64,000 nt of DNA from positions 62,001 through 126,000 of the forward strand of contig CT868044.1 in assembly GCA_000165425.1 (NCBI GenBank), written 5' to 3'. Source of the DNA: Paramecium tetraurelia. Its lineage: Eukaryota. The notes beneath the pieces were generated by a model. That model was not told the DNA's origin, searched no databases, and saw only the letters and a program-made list of their open reading frames with translations. The translations under genes were made by a program, and so were the position numbers. The first letter of the stretch is position 1. Each line of letters begins with the position of its first letter. Shown in pieces: positions 25,970 through 40,290 of the stretch.

Positions 25970-26575
25970 ATGAACTAGATTCTTCCTAATATGAACTCTA
26001 AGGCTAATGCATTGTTACAGCTAATATTACTAACAACGGCAGGCCTATTATTGTGTATATTGTTATTTTCAACATATAGGGAATAGGAAATTCCCTATAA
26101 TGGAGAAGTGCTAAAGTGCAAGTTGAAGTACGACGCTAAGCTGAAATGCTAACTAAATAATAGAACATTGAAGAACGCTAAAATTACATAGGATGATTGC
26201 CAATAGGAATACATTTGCAATTCAATATTAGCAACTTATCCAATCACAATCATCGATGGAGTATTGATTCTAGTGACGATAGTGATGAGTTTGATGAAAC
26301 ATTCGAATTTGCCGAGGAACATCACCACTTTCAATGTGGTTTCGCTGATCTCCATACTATTGAGTGCATCCACTTTATTCATCATGTCCATAGTCTTGAT
26401 GACGGGAGCCAAGAATGAGAATCTGAGTGTCTGGATATTGGTGATCCAATTGCTCATTTCTCTACTTCTATTTGCAAGTCTCATTTTCATAAAAAAGGAA
26501 GAAGAATTTTCGAATTTCATAAAAAAACAAGAGGAAATGCATGGGACTGAAATAAACTAATATGTGATTAACTGA
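25970..26575 (+). CDS. Multi-pass (about 4 TM) membrane protein with a Cys-containing loop
   Basis: Hydrophobic N-terminus, loop with 4 Cys, three further hydrophobic helices; one intron. Confidence 0.7.
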
Positions 26576-26617
26576 TTTAATTATTGATTCTATATTATGT
26601 TATTGATATTTAATGCT

Positions 26618-29600
26618 TCATTTCCTGATTGAATATAAATATTTAGACAACCAAAATACGAGCAAGGCTCCGAAGGATAAACAGAGGCAGAACATATTTT
26701 ACCAAATAGTCAATTAAGCAGTTTTGAAATACTTACCTCCTGCATAAATGATGACCTACTGAATTATCAGTAGACCCACGATCATAATTGTGAATGGCTT
26801 GTTTTTGTGGATTCCATCAAAAACATTGTATTCGTGTTGTCCAATTCTTCGACTGCATACCAAATTCACAATTTAGAACATAGCAGTCAAATGATACACC
26901 AAAGTGTAATGAATAGCAAACTCTGGTATGAATTCAGCTCCAAGAGCATGTAAATCATGTTTGTATGATGGTCTATCACATGTATAACAAATAAGTACTC
27001 AATTCCGAAAATGGATGGAGTCAAAAACAACACAATTAGGGTTGCCAAATATTAAAAGGCTGCTTGAGTGCAAGTCATCTGCAACAAGAACTTATCAATG
27101 ATGTTTTCTCCTCTTTTGGCTGGTTTCGTTCTCTTTAAGATATCGTCTTAGGGTACTTCTGTGCTCAAAGCAACTGCAGAAAAGATGTCTTGAACTCTAA
27201 AAAGGATAAGGAATAAAATCATACAAACTCAACCAAATGACTTCCAATACTGTGTATGGTTATTGTTTCAATACGATGGAGGATGTCAACATGATAGCAA
27301 TTGAATTTAAAAAGAAACTCAATTGGAAGTAGATGAATCTTTTGATATTCAAAAAGATGTTTCTGCCGTATTTCATACATAGTTCAATGCCATCCAATTT
27401 GTCATTCATTAAGATAATCCCACTGCATTCCCTTGCTATATTGGTGGCTGTTTTGCCCAAAGTGATACCCACTGAAGCGGTTTACAATGCTATGGCATCA
27501 TTATTACCATCTCCAATATATCCAATGGTAGATTGGTTGATGTTTGAATATACCTCCAAGAACTGGTGTTTCTAATGTTGATTTAAATCTGCCAAGATCT
27601 GTAATTAGTTATTCAACTTTGATACTTTCTACATATATTAAACATTTGATTACATCGCATGCTAAAGTGTCATTCTATATTTCTGGTATTTTAGATACTA
27701 TATTTCTTTCGTTCACTTCTTAATGAGTATAATAAATATTGGACTCCTTCAATATCTTTCTAATTCTAATCACGTACTCTTAAAAGTTCAAAATCAATAG
27801 ATTGCTGAATGAGTGCTGTTTCATGTATTAACTCTCATAATCATTCGATAACAAAGGTTAAACTTCATCTTTTGGACACTCAATTATTGATGAAATAATT
27901 TGAGCACTCTTCTATTCCTCACCTGTTGAAGGATCAATTACAATCTCTTGTTGATTAACCAATTAAGATGATTTGGGTAGATGTTCACTAGTTCTTTGAA
28001 TTTCAGCATCTGCCTAATCACAACTCACCCAACCCCAATTACTTAGCCACATTAACAGTGTTAACTCTTGTGTCTCCTGTTAAGATCATCACACTCATAT
28101 TTCCCATCTTTAAGGCACTATCCAATCTTTTTGCTTCCTACCTTATGTCATCTCTCATAGCAATAGTACCAATATATGTGAAATTGTTTTATGTAAGCAA
28201 TTGTTACCAATCTTACTCAATAAGATTTGGTATTTAGACATCCTTGTAAGCAAAAGAGATGGTCTTTAAGGATTAAGAATTGTAATTCAATACAGCATTT
28301 TTTTCTAGTTCTGCACATTCAGTTGTCATATTAGAATAAGCGCAATATTAAATTGTGAAATTTCCTGGTTCATAGATCTAGAAGTTTTAATTGTCAGGAA
28401 TCGATATATTGAGTTGATTGCATTTCTCAATGATATCTTTGGCTTTCCCTTTCAAAACTATTCTGTATTTGTCACCTCTTACTTGAAGAATTTCAGCATG
28501 GAAACCATAATTATTAAGTGGAATAGTCTTTCTAATTTGATTCTTAAGGTCTTGTAAATATTCAACCACAAACTCTCTTCTCAACTTAACCTCCAAGTAA
28601 TCAATTAACGCAACATCCAATCTATTTCCACTCCAATCACTCTTTTTGCTGGCATCATTAACTGATTACAGCATCTTCGCATGCTCTTATGTCTTCTTAT
28701 TTGTATTTGAATTCAGATCTAATTGCTCATTGAATCTCAATTATTTTGCAATCTCATCTGGTAGAAAGGCTGAATTAGTAGACAGTATGGCTTCTGATAA
28801 AATTCTAAATAGTGGATCATGAGGTGGAATATTGTTTACTCTTTCTTCATTAGCGACATGGAGATTGCTGACTTTTAGATTGTTATAGGTTAAAGTGCCT
28901 GTCTTGTCAAAACATAAAGTGTCGACTCCGCCTAAAACTTAACAAACATGTAAATTTCTGATGACAATATCATGTTATCTGAGTTTAGCTATTGAAAAAG
29001 CCAAGGACAAAGTGACAATAAGAGGTAATCCTTCAGGAATGGATAGGACAATAATTAAGAAGGCATCAATGAAATCGGATAGTACTTTCTTAAGAGCAAA
29101 TTATGAGAATATTTTCTCTTGTAATTCATTCAATTCTCTAACCATGTACAATTCTAGGACAATAAACATGGCTAAAGCACTCATGCAACCTATGAAAACC
29201 AAGAATTTGGCCAAGGTTTCAAGAGCCTTAGCCAATGGTGATCTTTCATCGTGTATCAGTTCTTCTTCTCCTTCTTCTTTTTATTGATTATCGTGTTTCA
29301 TTCTGTTGGAGTATGTAGATGAACCCACTGCTAGAACGACAACTTTGGCTGTGCCTTCAAATATGTTGCTGCCTCCTCGGATGAAACAGTTTAATCCTTT
29401 TGATATTGGTTGTTTGGAGATTGTATCAGTTAGTCCTGAAATCATACTTTCATCTACCTCTACTGTTTCCGTGCCTTCGAGTAGTAGTCCATCGACAGTG
29501 ATATTATCACCTGGTTTGATTGTGATAATGTCACCCACCAACAAGTCAAGATGGTTCATTTAATTCACGTTTCCATTTCGAACTACTTAAAACAGTTTTT

Positions 29601-30077
29601 TTTGTTGTTCTTCTTATTCCAAATATAATTATCTAAATTATTTTTCCTTCCTGTAATCGGTCATGGCTCCAATGATTACGACGGCACAGATGGCGATGAG
29701 TATGGAAAATGCTTGTACTATTTGTTCAAATGGCTCTTCAGAGAAGAAAGCCATCATGAACATGATTACTGTAGCGAATGCCAGAATTCGGATGCAGAAG
29801 TCTTTTGTTTATTTGTACATGCACTTGTAGAAGGGGGACAATTTGGGAGGCTCTAAACGATTGCTTCCAAATTGTTCTTGTCTTCCTTCGACTTCTGCTA
29901 TGCCATTTTTGGAATCGGTTTCTAATTTGACCATTATTGATTCAACATCCCTAAAGTAGATTAAGTCGTATACCCAAGTTGATGTAAAATTTCAGCTGAT
30001 TACCCAGATGATAAATTGGCTGTGTCAAACATACTTTACATTTGGGGATACGAAATCTAAAATCTCTATTCTTCCAT
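26618..30077 (-). CDS. P-type ATPase, PMCA/P2B-like calcium pump, divergent
   Basis: LVGDI, IPEGLPL, CFDKTGTLT, MILTGD, IGDGNND, YGRNIFLNIKRFIYFQL and TM segments; several tiny introns. Confidence 0.92.
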
Positions 30078-30285
30078 GAATGTATTCGTTTTTTAATTTT
30101 ATACAAAAATAATTCAAAATCGAAAAGTAAGTAATATTAAATGAAAAACTATTGTAAGCGAAAAAACGAGAATTAATAATCTGCAAAAAACGCAATTCAA
30201 TGGAAGCACAAAGGAATTGAAAGTTGGAATTTGATAGTTTTTGATTTTACATGAAATAAAATTAAATATATATATATATATTCTA

Positions 30286-31698
30286 ATGCAATTACGAAAA
30301 GTCAGGTCTCATGAAAATTCGTACACTAATTTGGATTAGCAAAGAAAGATAGACTCTGCTCAATTTAAAACATAGCCTTGTACTCAATAACATCCAAGTG
30401 CGCATAAAAAGTTTTGCCCATATTACCATGATGAGTCGGATCGCAGACGTGACCCTCATTAATTCAAATATAAGTGAGCATACTGATAATGATTCGAAGG
30501 TGCCAAATGTGTCCTCAGTTTGAACAATGTCCGAATGGAGATTTGTGTGCATTCTCACACAACAAAGTAGAATAAGTGTACCACCCAAATAGATATAAGA
30601 GCAAATACTGCGTCTAGAACAAGGATTGCGAGTATGGGATGTACTGTTCATTTGCACACAACGATCACGAATTGCGAGTCCCCCAAAAACTAGAGTAATT
30701 GGTGCAGGACAAAAAATTCTGGATGTTTCATTATAAAACAATATGGTGTCCATACATAGTAGGGTATGCTATACATCTATAAAACAACAAAGACATGACC
30801 GAGCCACTTGTGTTTATGCTCATAATGCGCAAGATTTCAGAAGGGATCCTCAATTGCTTCAACCGAAGGAATGTGCAAATTGGAATAAGACTGATTAGAT
30901 TTCAAGGTACGATCAAGGAGGCTGTCCTGATCAAGAAAACTGTCCCAATTGTCACGGCTGGAAAGAATACGAATATCATCCCTTGATTTACAAGACAAAA
31001 CCTTGTGCACAACCGAATTGCATCAAAAAAGAGTGTCCATTCTTCCACAATGATTAAGAACGTAGGTACTTACTCAATCTAATTTCTAAGAATACCCAAG
31101 CAACAGAATGAAAAGCAGTGGATCATCGAGGAACCCAACCCTCAGAATTAGTTAAGAATCCCTTACAAGTCCAACTCAAATTATCAAGGACCCATTATTC
31201 CAAGTTATATTCCTCAAGATCTGAATAGGGAGAAGATGGAAGTTGGACAGCCTCTGGAGTTGTTCAGCTCGACTACCACTTCATCGAATCCGATATCGAG
31301 GAGAGGGTCGGATTTCTCAGATAGGCAGAAGAAGAAGTGGAACACTTAACGGAAACATCATCGTACTGCTCCTACTACGCCTGATCAAAAATAGTAGTAG
31401 TAAACGAAGATGCCCTTGATTAAATATTCTCGGAGGTTGTAAGATGAGTTGTGGAAAATATCTGGGGTAAAGTGATTTCAGTATATCCTAGTCTGATTTC
31501 ATATTACACACTCTTGAAGGGATGAAAATCACTGAGATGAGTTTGATGCACATGAATGAGTTGAATCTGCTCTCTTTGAACATTAGTGATTAGTAAAAGC
31601 AATATTTGATATAAGCCTTATTCAATATTAAGTAGGAAAAGAACTACGATGAACAACACGATGACGAATTATTAAAAGAGAGTGCTGGGCAATTTTGA
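30286..31698 (+). CDS. Unkempt-like tandem CCCH zinc-finger RNA-binding protein
   Basis: FKTQPC..CPYYHDESDRRRDP, CPNGDLCAFSHNKVEQVYHPNRYKSKYC, CSFAH, YKTKPC..CPFFH; possible SAM-like C-terminus. Confidence 0.88.
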
Positions 31699-31943
31699 AG
31701 TTTTGAAATTTTGGTTCTTGTATTTCAATATCATTTATTTTTCCAATCTTAATTCAATCAATTCTAGTTGTGAACAATCATCTATTATTATTTAATTATC
31801 AAAACAACAACGTTTTTTATATATCTCTTTTTGAATTTCGATATTTGACTTCTCTCAGCCATCCAAAACATAGAGCATTCCCATCTAATCCCAATATCCA
31901 ATTTGTTAAATTCACAGTGATTAATAATCTCAATAATAATTTT

Positions 31944-34900
31944 ATGTTGTTCGAGAAACTCAAGATCTACAACACCCCAGCCAAATTATTGGAAAAGTTG
32001 CGTGAAGTTCGTAAAATTTAGGAAACAGAACAGAAACCAGAACTAAATCAGGTTTCAAAAGTCTAAAAAACAGAGCCCTCCGCTGAGAGATACCTTGTCA
32101 GACAATTAAGCTTTTAACACACTTGGAATACTCTAACTCATAAATCACCCAACTTGAAATCACCTACTGTTAAATCACAAGTGGACATTTTTAAAATACC
32201 AGTAGCATCTCCCAAATAGTGTTCGTATGCCTGTTTAACAGATATTTCAACTTATAAAAAAAGTCAGGCAAGAACAAATTTAGATGATGATAGTTTAGAG
32301 CTAAAGGATATTTACAAGAATTTCGAAAACGAAACATTATAAGAACTTTATAATGCAGATCAAAAACTAATTGAATAGCTAAATGATGAAGCACAAGTTT
32401 TATCAGAGAGACTCGCTTTTAAAGAGGAGAAGAGTCCGATTCGACCCTTTTAACGCAAACATCACCAACCTCATTAAACCCAGAAGCCTTAAAGACGTGG
32501 TGGAACGGTGATTGCAGCATCCAAATTAGAGGATTTAAAAAAGCAATCGCCATTTCTCTATAATGAATAGAAAGATGCCCCATTTGATGATCTATCTGAC
32601 AGAGGAAAGTTCTTGAAGCATTATCGATTGGGAAAGTATGTGTTTGTTTCAATCAACTCTTAGCAAGAATCTTCAAAAGATCAACCAGAAGGAGTTTAGA
32701 AGTGTGACCAAGAATTACGAGAAACTAGAAGAATATGCAGAATTCTACAAACAATAACCCAATATCTACCTCTAATTAAACAAGAGTTCATAAAGTAAAT
32801 ATGCTCTATCAATGTAGAACACAATATATTTTAAACAGGTCTTGGTTTGATTAATTCAAATTATACCATATAGACTGCTGAGTCATCAGGGATGTTGAGA
32901 AACGAACAAAAGATTAAAGTGTTCACAGAAGCCCTCAAATCACCTCAATGCAAGACTTTGACTGAGTTGAAATTGAGTCATAATCAATTGACATCCCCTA
33001 GAATTAAGACTTTGGTTTCCAATTTCCCATCCCAAGTCCAAGATTTGGATCTGAACAACAATGGCATTGATTCCAAAGGTTGCGAGACTTTGGCTAAGTA
33101 CTTGTAGAAATCCAGAGTTAAGAAGTTGTCACTTGAAAATAACAAGATAGGCGATCAAGGAGCTAATCATTTATTTTTGGCATTGCAAGAGAATGATTAT
33201 TTGACTCTGTTGAATTTGAGTCGAAACAATTTAACTGGTATTGATTTTGTTAGATTTAGAGGCTTGCACTATTGAATTATCAAATTACTTGAAAAGATCA
33301 AATATGCTTTTTGAGTTGTATTTGCATTTTAACACCATAAACAGCAAAGGAGGCTTGAATATCTGGAAGGCATTCTACAAAAACTCAAGTGTTAAGGTCT
33401 TCGATATATCATATAATCGAACAAGTTCTTTTGAATGTGCTCAGTAGATGGCCAAGGTCATAGCAAAGCCTTATCCAGAATTAATGCACATTGACGTATC
33501 ACATAACGGATTTGACGAGCCATCTGGCAATGAAATAATGAAGGCTTTGAACGTTAATTAAAATATCTATGGATTTCATTTTGAAGGAAATTGCCCTAAA
33601 TTTATGGTGGATGCTACTGGTCATCTCAGAAATTAGGAAGTTGAAGAATAGGTTCGTTAAAAGAAAATTGAAGAATGCAGAAGAAACCCTTAGACTTCTT
33701 TACGTCTTCTGGATGAGGATGTGAAATAATACCCTAAAGCAGTACCTGACAAAAAATAAGAGAAAATTTAATAGGTCCACAGATTCAGGAGAATTTGGGG
33801 AATGAAACCTGTAAAATAGAATTAGCAATTTGAAAAAAATAGGGATTCTTGCTGGATTTGTGAAGGTTGGGAAGAAGTGAAATTTACTTGGAGTCCTGGC
33901 AAATCAGGAGGAATGAATAATGATCCCATCTTCTTACATGTTAATTTCGATGGGTATCGTCCTGTTTTGATGTCACCACACTAAGGTGAATATCATCTAT
34001 ACAGAATGTGTCCACCCAATTAGAAGATTTTATATTTCTTTAGTAATCCTATATTGGGAATACAGACGACAGCAAAGAATCAAATGATTATGCCAACTCC
34101 TGCCACTGATCCCATTGCAGAAGGGACATAGGAATTCTTATATAATGGTGATATTTTGATTGAAGGAAATAAGATGTCCTTTGTGAATGAAGTGTTCACT
34201 GAGGGTAAACATAGTGTAGTTGAAAAATATGTTCCTAAGATATTTAGTAAGCCTCGAGAAGAGGAGAGAACATACGATCTAACCTAATACATGAATAAGA
34301 AATAAGCCTTTTGGAGTTACGAAATATCAATATTTAAAAACTATTAACCTGATAATGAAGAATTGATTGACGAATGTTTTGAATACGATTTTCAATCCTC
34401 CAAAATCAATAGAATAGTCCGTGATCCAAACGAGTTAATGGAAGTAAAAGAACTTCTCAGAGAATATTATCCCCATATATTTGCTAGTTATAAATTTTAC
34501 GCATCTACTCTAATTGGATCAAGTGTAATTATTATACATAAACCTTTAGATTCCTTGTATATCCTCCAACGCCTTCTTCGATTTCATCGGATAGACTACT
34601 GTGATGACAGACAAATTCAGACCTGGTGATATTGATTTGAATTTTATCTCCACATCCAATGTTAAGGACATTCTGTATCCAAATGTGTATGAGAAGGCCT
34701 TGATCAGATATCAGTTTATGGAAGTTTTAGTTAGAATTGCATTGGACAAGTACACCAGAACTGGAATCTGTAAATCAATGAAATTAAGTGTTTTGAAGTT
34801 ATTTGAAGATGATTTAGTTAAAATAAGATTGCAGGAAATTGATAAGGCTCAAGATTGGAGAGATTTGAGATTGTGGAATGAACAATGCGATATATTAATA

Positions 34901-35660
34901 AGTAATATCTTATTCATATATCATAGAGGATAGATTGCCTATGCTCAAGTTATTGTTTAAGTTTACATCCAAGTTGAATTCAAAGTTAAAGTTTTACAAA
35001 TAAACGTGGGTTCAATTTAAGGATTTCAGAGATTTACTATTGAGATGTGATCTATATTGCGATACCTTTGTGGAGAGAGATGCATATATTGCATACTTGT
35101 TGTCCATGCAAACCCAGATTGATGAATTGTATAGTCTAAGACATTTCTAAATGGAATTTTACGAGTTCATGGAAGCCTTGTGTAGATGTGCTGAAAAACT
35201 CTCATTGATCAGAACTAAGGAAATAATGAGCGTTGATGAAAGGAGATCTGAGCCATTGCACAAAAAAATAGATGCTTTGTTTTTGATAATATATTTAAGA
35301 GCAGGAGATGCAATCAAATAATAACTAAAAGAATCTGAAGACTTTTCAGATTTCGATAGATGCATGACAAAGAAGCAAAAGAATCTCAAACAATAAATTG
35401 AAGAAATGGGCAGTGATGATGAAGAAAAACCTTACAATCCATTAGTAGAATTGAAATATTTAGAAGATCAACTTAAATAAACTTCAGTTCAAGCTGTTCA
35501 ATCTGTACCCAAGTTAAAAAAGGCTTTGTCCTTATTTACTGTCCTGAGGTAAATGCAACAACAAAAATAACTCAAATCAAATTTCCTATTGACTAATGTT
35601 GTCTAATACTTTAAATAAAGAGATGAAGAATATCTGTAAAACTAGATTGATTAAAATTGA
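31944..35660 (+). CDS. Large RI-like leucine-rich repeat protein
   Basis: LTELKLSHNQL, LDLNNNGI, LSLENNKIGDQGA, LNLSRNNL, LYLHFNTI; CWICEGW motif; helical C-terminus. Confidence 0.85.
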
Positions 35661-36452
35661 ACCTTGATTATATTTTTATTTAATATGGACATTAATAGAT
35701 GTTAAAGCGATTAATATATATCAATTTTTAAATAAAATTATATTCAATTTTTATGTTAAAAAATGAGATGACTAAATTTTAATAAAACAGAATAATTTTT
35801 AACAAAATAAAAACATATTAAAAAGACAAATCAAAAAAGAGAAATACTAATAATAAAAGAAATCAGATTATAGAATTTATGAATGTTGGAAATTAATTCA
35901 TTGTTAAATAATATAATCTATCCATAACTTAATTTTTTTGATATCGAATGGAATAATCAAATTAATAAATTTGCTTAAAAAATTAGAGAGATCTCATTAT
36001 AGTTCAATCCATAAAAATTATAATGAAATAAGATTTAATATAAATTTGATTAAATTAAGTTAGGAGTACAGCTTGACAATAAGTTTCCAATTTATATATT
36101 TAAAAACTGAGATTTATTTTTTTGAATATTGAATGCTCCAAAATCAGAACAGGTTTATAGTTAATAGGAATTTTGAAGCAAACTTAAGGAAGTATTTACC
36201 TGAATATGAAATTTTAGCCTTTCCTAAATTAATTTTATTAATGAGTAAAAATTTAATTAATGATGATAAAATATCACTTAAAATGAGAGAATTTGTTTTG
36301 AAAAATTAAGAATAATTAAAATGTCAGTATTACCTTTTATCACGTAATCACTGAAGTTGTAGCTTAGATAGATTAATTTGAAGAACACTTTAATTTCTAA
36401 AGTAAAATATTATATAAGTTGCTGATTTTATTTTTATAGATATATGTAAAAT

Positions 36453-37167
36453 TCAAGATTAGGTTGATAAGGTTTTTTTGTGTGTTTAAAATGATTTGAG
36501 AGCGTCACTAAATTTTATTGGTTTTAAATTTGTCAATTCAATCCTTCTATAACTAAGATAAGGGAGGAATTCTTTATCCCGTGGAGACTTATAATGATTA
36601 GGAGAACTTATAGGTGTCTTATTACCTAAATAGCGAAAATTTCGAGCCTTATTTTGAATTTCTTTTTTTTGAGTTTCTTATTTTTCGAAATATTATTTTA
36701 ATTTATGCATTGATTCTTTAAGACAAGTAGATTCTTTTGGAGTTGCTTCTACTGATTCAGTTTGCAACTATTCAACTCTACATTTTTTAACTTGATCAAA
36801 TATAATAGTACGATATTTGGAGAATGTGCTGTTTTTGGCTAATTGATTATAATAATAATATAATACTTTATCTCCTCTTCTTCTCAACTCTTAATGAAAT
36901 TTCAATTTTCCTTTTCATACTTGTTACATGTTTAAGATTCATGTATTTGTACTAGAATTTACTGAGACTTCCACATTCATTACAATGACAACTTTTTCTT
37001 CTTAATGAATCCTTTTAAAATATCAATCCTTTCATGTTGAATATATTTAATTGATTGCGAGGCTCTTAACTGATGGATCGGCCTTTTATTTTTATTTTCT
37101 TTTTTGCAAAAAGCGACAATGATCTGTATTATGGTGAAATAAATTATTTATAATCCAAATTGTTCAT
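36453..37167 (-). CDS. Uncharacterised basic protein with RRKSCxCxxCG motif (family member A)
   Basis: MNNLDYKQF...RRKSCHCNECGSLSKFQYKYMN...FLPYLSYRRI; one 28-nt intron. Confidence 0.75.
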
Positions 37168-37386
37168 TTTAATATTAAATTTTGAAAGGAAAAGCTATAA
37201 TCACATAAAGACTTTAATTAAATTGACTTAATAAATCATTAAATAATTATATGTTGATTGAATTTCTAGCTATATTCTGGGGATGCAAATTTAAGTAGAT
37301 TATCAATAAGTTCTAATGAATTTCTAAGCAATAAGTAAATATATAATTTATAAACATATATAGTACAACTACTAATTGATGTAAAA

Positions 37387-38701
37387 TCATTAGTCCATTA
37401 TGTTAGTAGTTCTGAGAGATTTGATTGTTTTAGCATCTAAACTTTGATTACTTTTTTTCAATGGTTAATATTGTTGTTATTAATTAATTAGTAATTGTTG
37501 TTATAATATTTGATGTTCAGAAGACTATTGTTTCTCATTAAGTGATTCAAAGCCTTTAAAAAAGGGATGTTAGAGTGCTTGTTAAGCTGTTATTCGCAAA
37601 GTCGGGTCCACTTCCAACATTTATTTCAACAAATCAGCAGCTTCTTCGTCCTCCACATATTGTTGAGCATTGTACATTTTGGATTTAAGCATGGGTTAAT
37701 TTGTCATTCTAATTTAGTTAAAGCTTAGTACAAATTGAATAACACAACTCCAACACTGAACATATCAGAATTAAAACTTGATTCTTTTTATCGAAGTACT
37801 TCCGGTGCATAATAGCCTGGTGTTCCACACACACTGCTAACAGAGCCAAATTTCAGATTAGCAGCAAATCCAAAATCAATCACCTTAATTTAGCCATTTT
37901 TCTCCACTATTATGTTTTCTGGCTTTATATCTCGGTGCACAATTCTTAGTGATTGCAAATAACTTATAGTATCCAACAAACTCTATTGATATATGATGTT
38001 TATATACTCTCATTATCCTCTTTATCTATTCAGTTGGTAGTTTTTATTTTAATATATCGCTCAAAGGAGTTCCTTAGACAAACTCTTAAACAATCCAAAA
38101 TGTCTGGTCATTTTCATAAACCTCAAGCACCTTTATAATGTTCGGATGATTTAGCGACTGCAAAATTTGTACTTCTGTTTTGACTATGTTCTAAATGCAA
38201 TATATTTAATTGCTTACCAAAGCTTGTTCCTCTTTTCCAAATTCTTGTTTAATCATTTTTACCGCAACTGCCTTCTAGGTTTATTTCTCGATGCTTCGAT
38301 ACACCTAAATTAGTTTAATAAATTTGGCAATACCTTTGCCGACAATCCCTCTCCAATGAATTATGTTGGTTCATAGAATGAAGCCATATTTCTATAGATT
38401 ACTCTTCCTCCTATCAATTTTTTGAACTATTCCAAACTGGCAGGTGAAGCTTCAAAATATTTGATTTTATTCTGGTAAAATATTCCAAATGCTTTTAAAT
38501 GTGACTTTCCCATTTTCCAAAGAATTTAGGTCGATAATTTGAGTTCTAGTCTATATTTAGGATTCTTGAAATTGCTGAACTTAAAAAATAACAAGGTTAG
38601 GTTACTGCAGATATTATAACTTCATCATCTATTACTTTTAAATAATATCTTTTAGAAAAGATCGTATGTGGTCGTACACAAGAAAAGGAGAGCAAATCCA
38701 T
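37387..38701 (-). CDS. Ser/Thr protein kinase (CAMK-like) with N-terminal PH-like region
   Basis: [67 protein letters not shown]. Confidence 0.92.
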
Positions 38702-40290
38702 TCTTCTAAAGAATTGTTCCTCTAACTAAATTGATTTATATTATTTAATAATTTTATATTTTGGATAGATAAATATGTAACCAATACTTTCAAATAGATA
38801 TTCTAAAATCTGAGAAAGTCTCCTTTATTTCTTTCATATTCATTCATAATTCCAATTCCATATGAATTAATCGACCTGAAAATATCAAAATAAAATAAAA
38901 ATAACAATTAAATAATAAAATTATTAATCAGATTGTGTCAACATATTTATATAATTACTTCTAATTTTTTAATAAGTTTCAAAGTCTTCACAAAGTCCGG
39001 GATCAATTATTAATGGTTGTGATAATATAATTTATACTCAAATTTATTTGTTTATTCCCATGCCACCAAAATAGAACAGAGCTAATTTGAGTTCAATTGT
39101 ATACTTATAAACAAGTTCCAATTATTAGTATCAGTATTAGTTAATAAAATATTTTATAAAATCAACTTTTAAACTGTTTTTATGAAAATAATAAAATTTC
39201 CAAATAATAATTTTTTCAGCTTCTTAGTAATGTCCAGCAGTTTTACTTTTTAAGTCAATACTAAATTTACATTATGTAACTTTAAAATTGACTTAAATTT
39301 ATAGCTATAAAAGAAGGAGGGATGAGGACAAGAAGGCAATTTCGAATTCTTAAATGGAAGTGAGGGTAATTATCCATTTTATTTTAAAGGTTAAAAATTT
39401 GTACATTTAGCATATTTGGTATAAATAAAAGGTTTGCAAGTACATTCAATTGATACATTGAACAATTATGACTTTTTATAATTAGAGAGGACTCAAATTC
39501 AAAAATTATATTGATGTCACTAATTGATTTATTGTGGAATTTTGCAATTACATTACCTATTTAAGATTGGCAATCTTGACTATTAGAAAAGAATTTTAGA
39601 AATTTGTTTGATTATGTTATAATGTAAGAATTTATAGTAAAAACGAATTGAAACTAGTAATAAGATTTACAAAAAAATGGATTTGATTTTTGGTTTTATT
39701 TTAATATGGGTAATCTTGTTCTTAGTTAAGAGTGTATGAAATTACAGCCTTTATCCTAACGTTAAATGTTGTTTTAGTTTAAGAGATTATGACTTTGATT
39801 AGAATTTGATACTTATGCAATTAGGATACTGTAATATATGCTATATCCTATAATACAGACCATCGAGTTATATAAGATTCTAATCAATGTAAACGAGAAG
39901 GAAAGTTGATGGAAAGGTACAGATTAATAATGAATCGTTTCAACAATAGACAAAATATACCAATTAATAAAAAAAATTTTGTTTCGTTACCCATAAGGTA
40001 GCCAACAGTCTTATATCAAAGAGAAAACAAAGATTCCTTATTGCAAAGTAGTCTTTACTTTTTTATATGGGCTACAGGTTGTTAATTAATTTACCATATT
40101 TTTAATAAAATTATCCCTCTGGTAATTAATGATAAGAATAAATTTAATTGAAATATAAGACTCGATAAGGTAATGTAAATAAAAGCGAAAGATCTTAACT
40201 AGCTTGGTTACTGATTAACTGACAATAGATGTAAAAATATGAGTTTTGTGGAGAAGTTTTATTTATGACGCATCAATCAAGTTTTTATAT

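Noticed and set aside
30292..30753. 153-aa minus-strand ORF and similar antisense ORFs (17822-18214, 28961-29287, 46485-46823, 59325-59612)
   Set aside because: They are shadows of real genes on the opposite strand and show no recognisable motifs.
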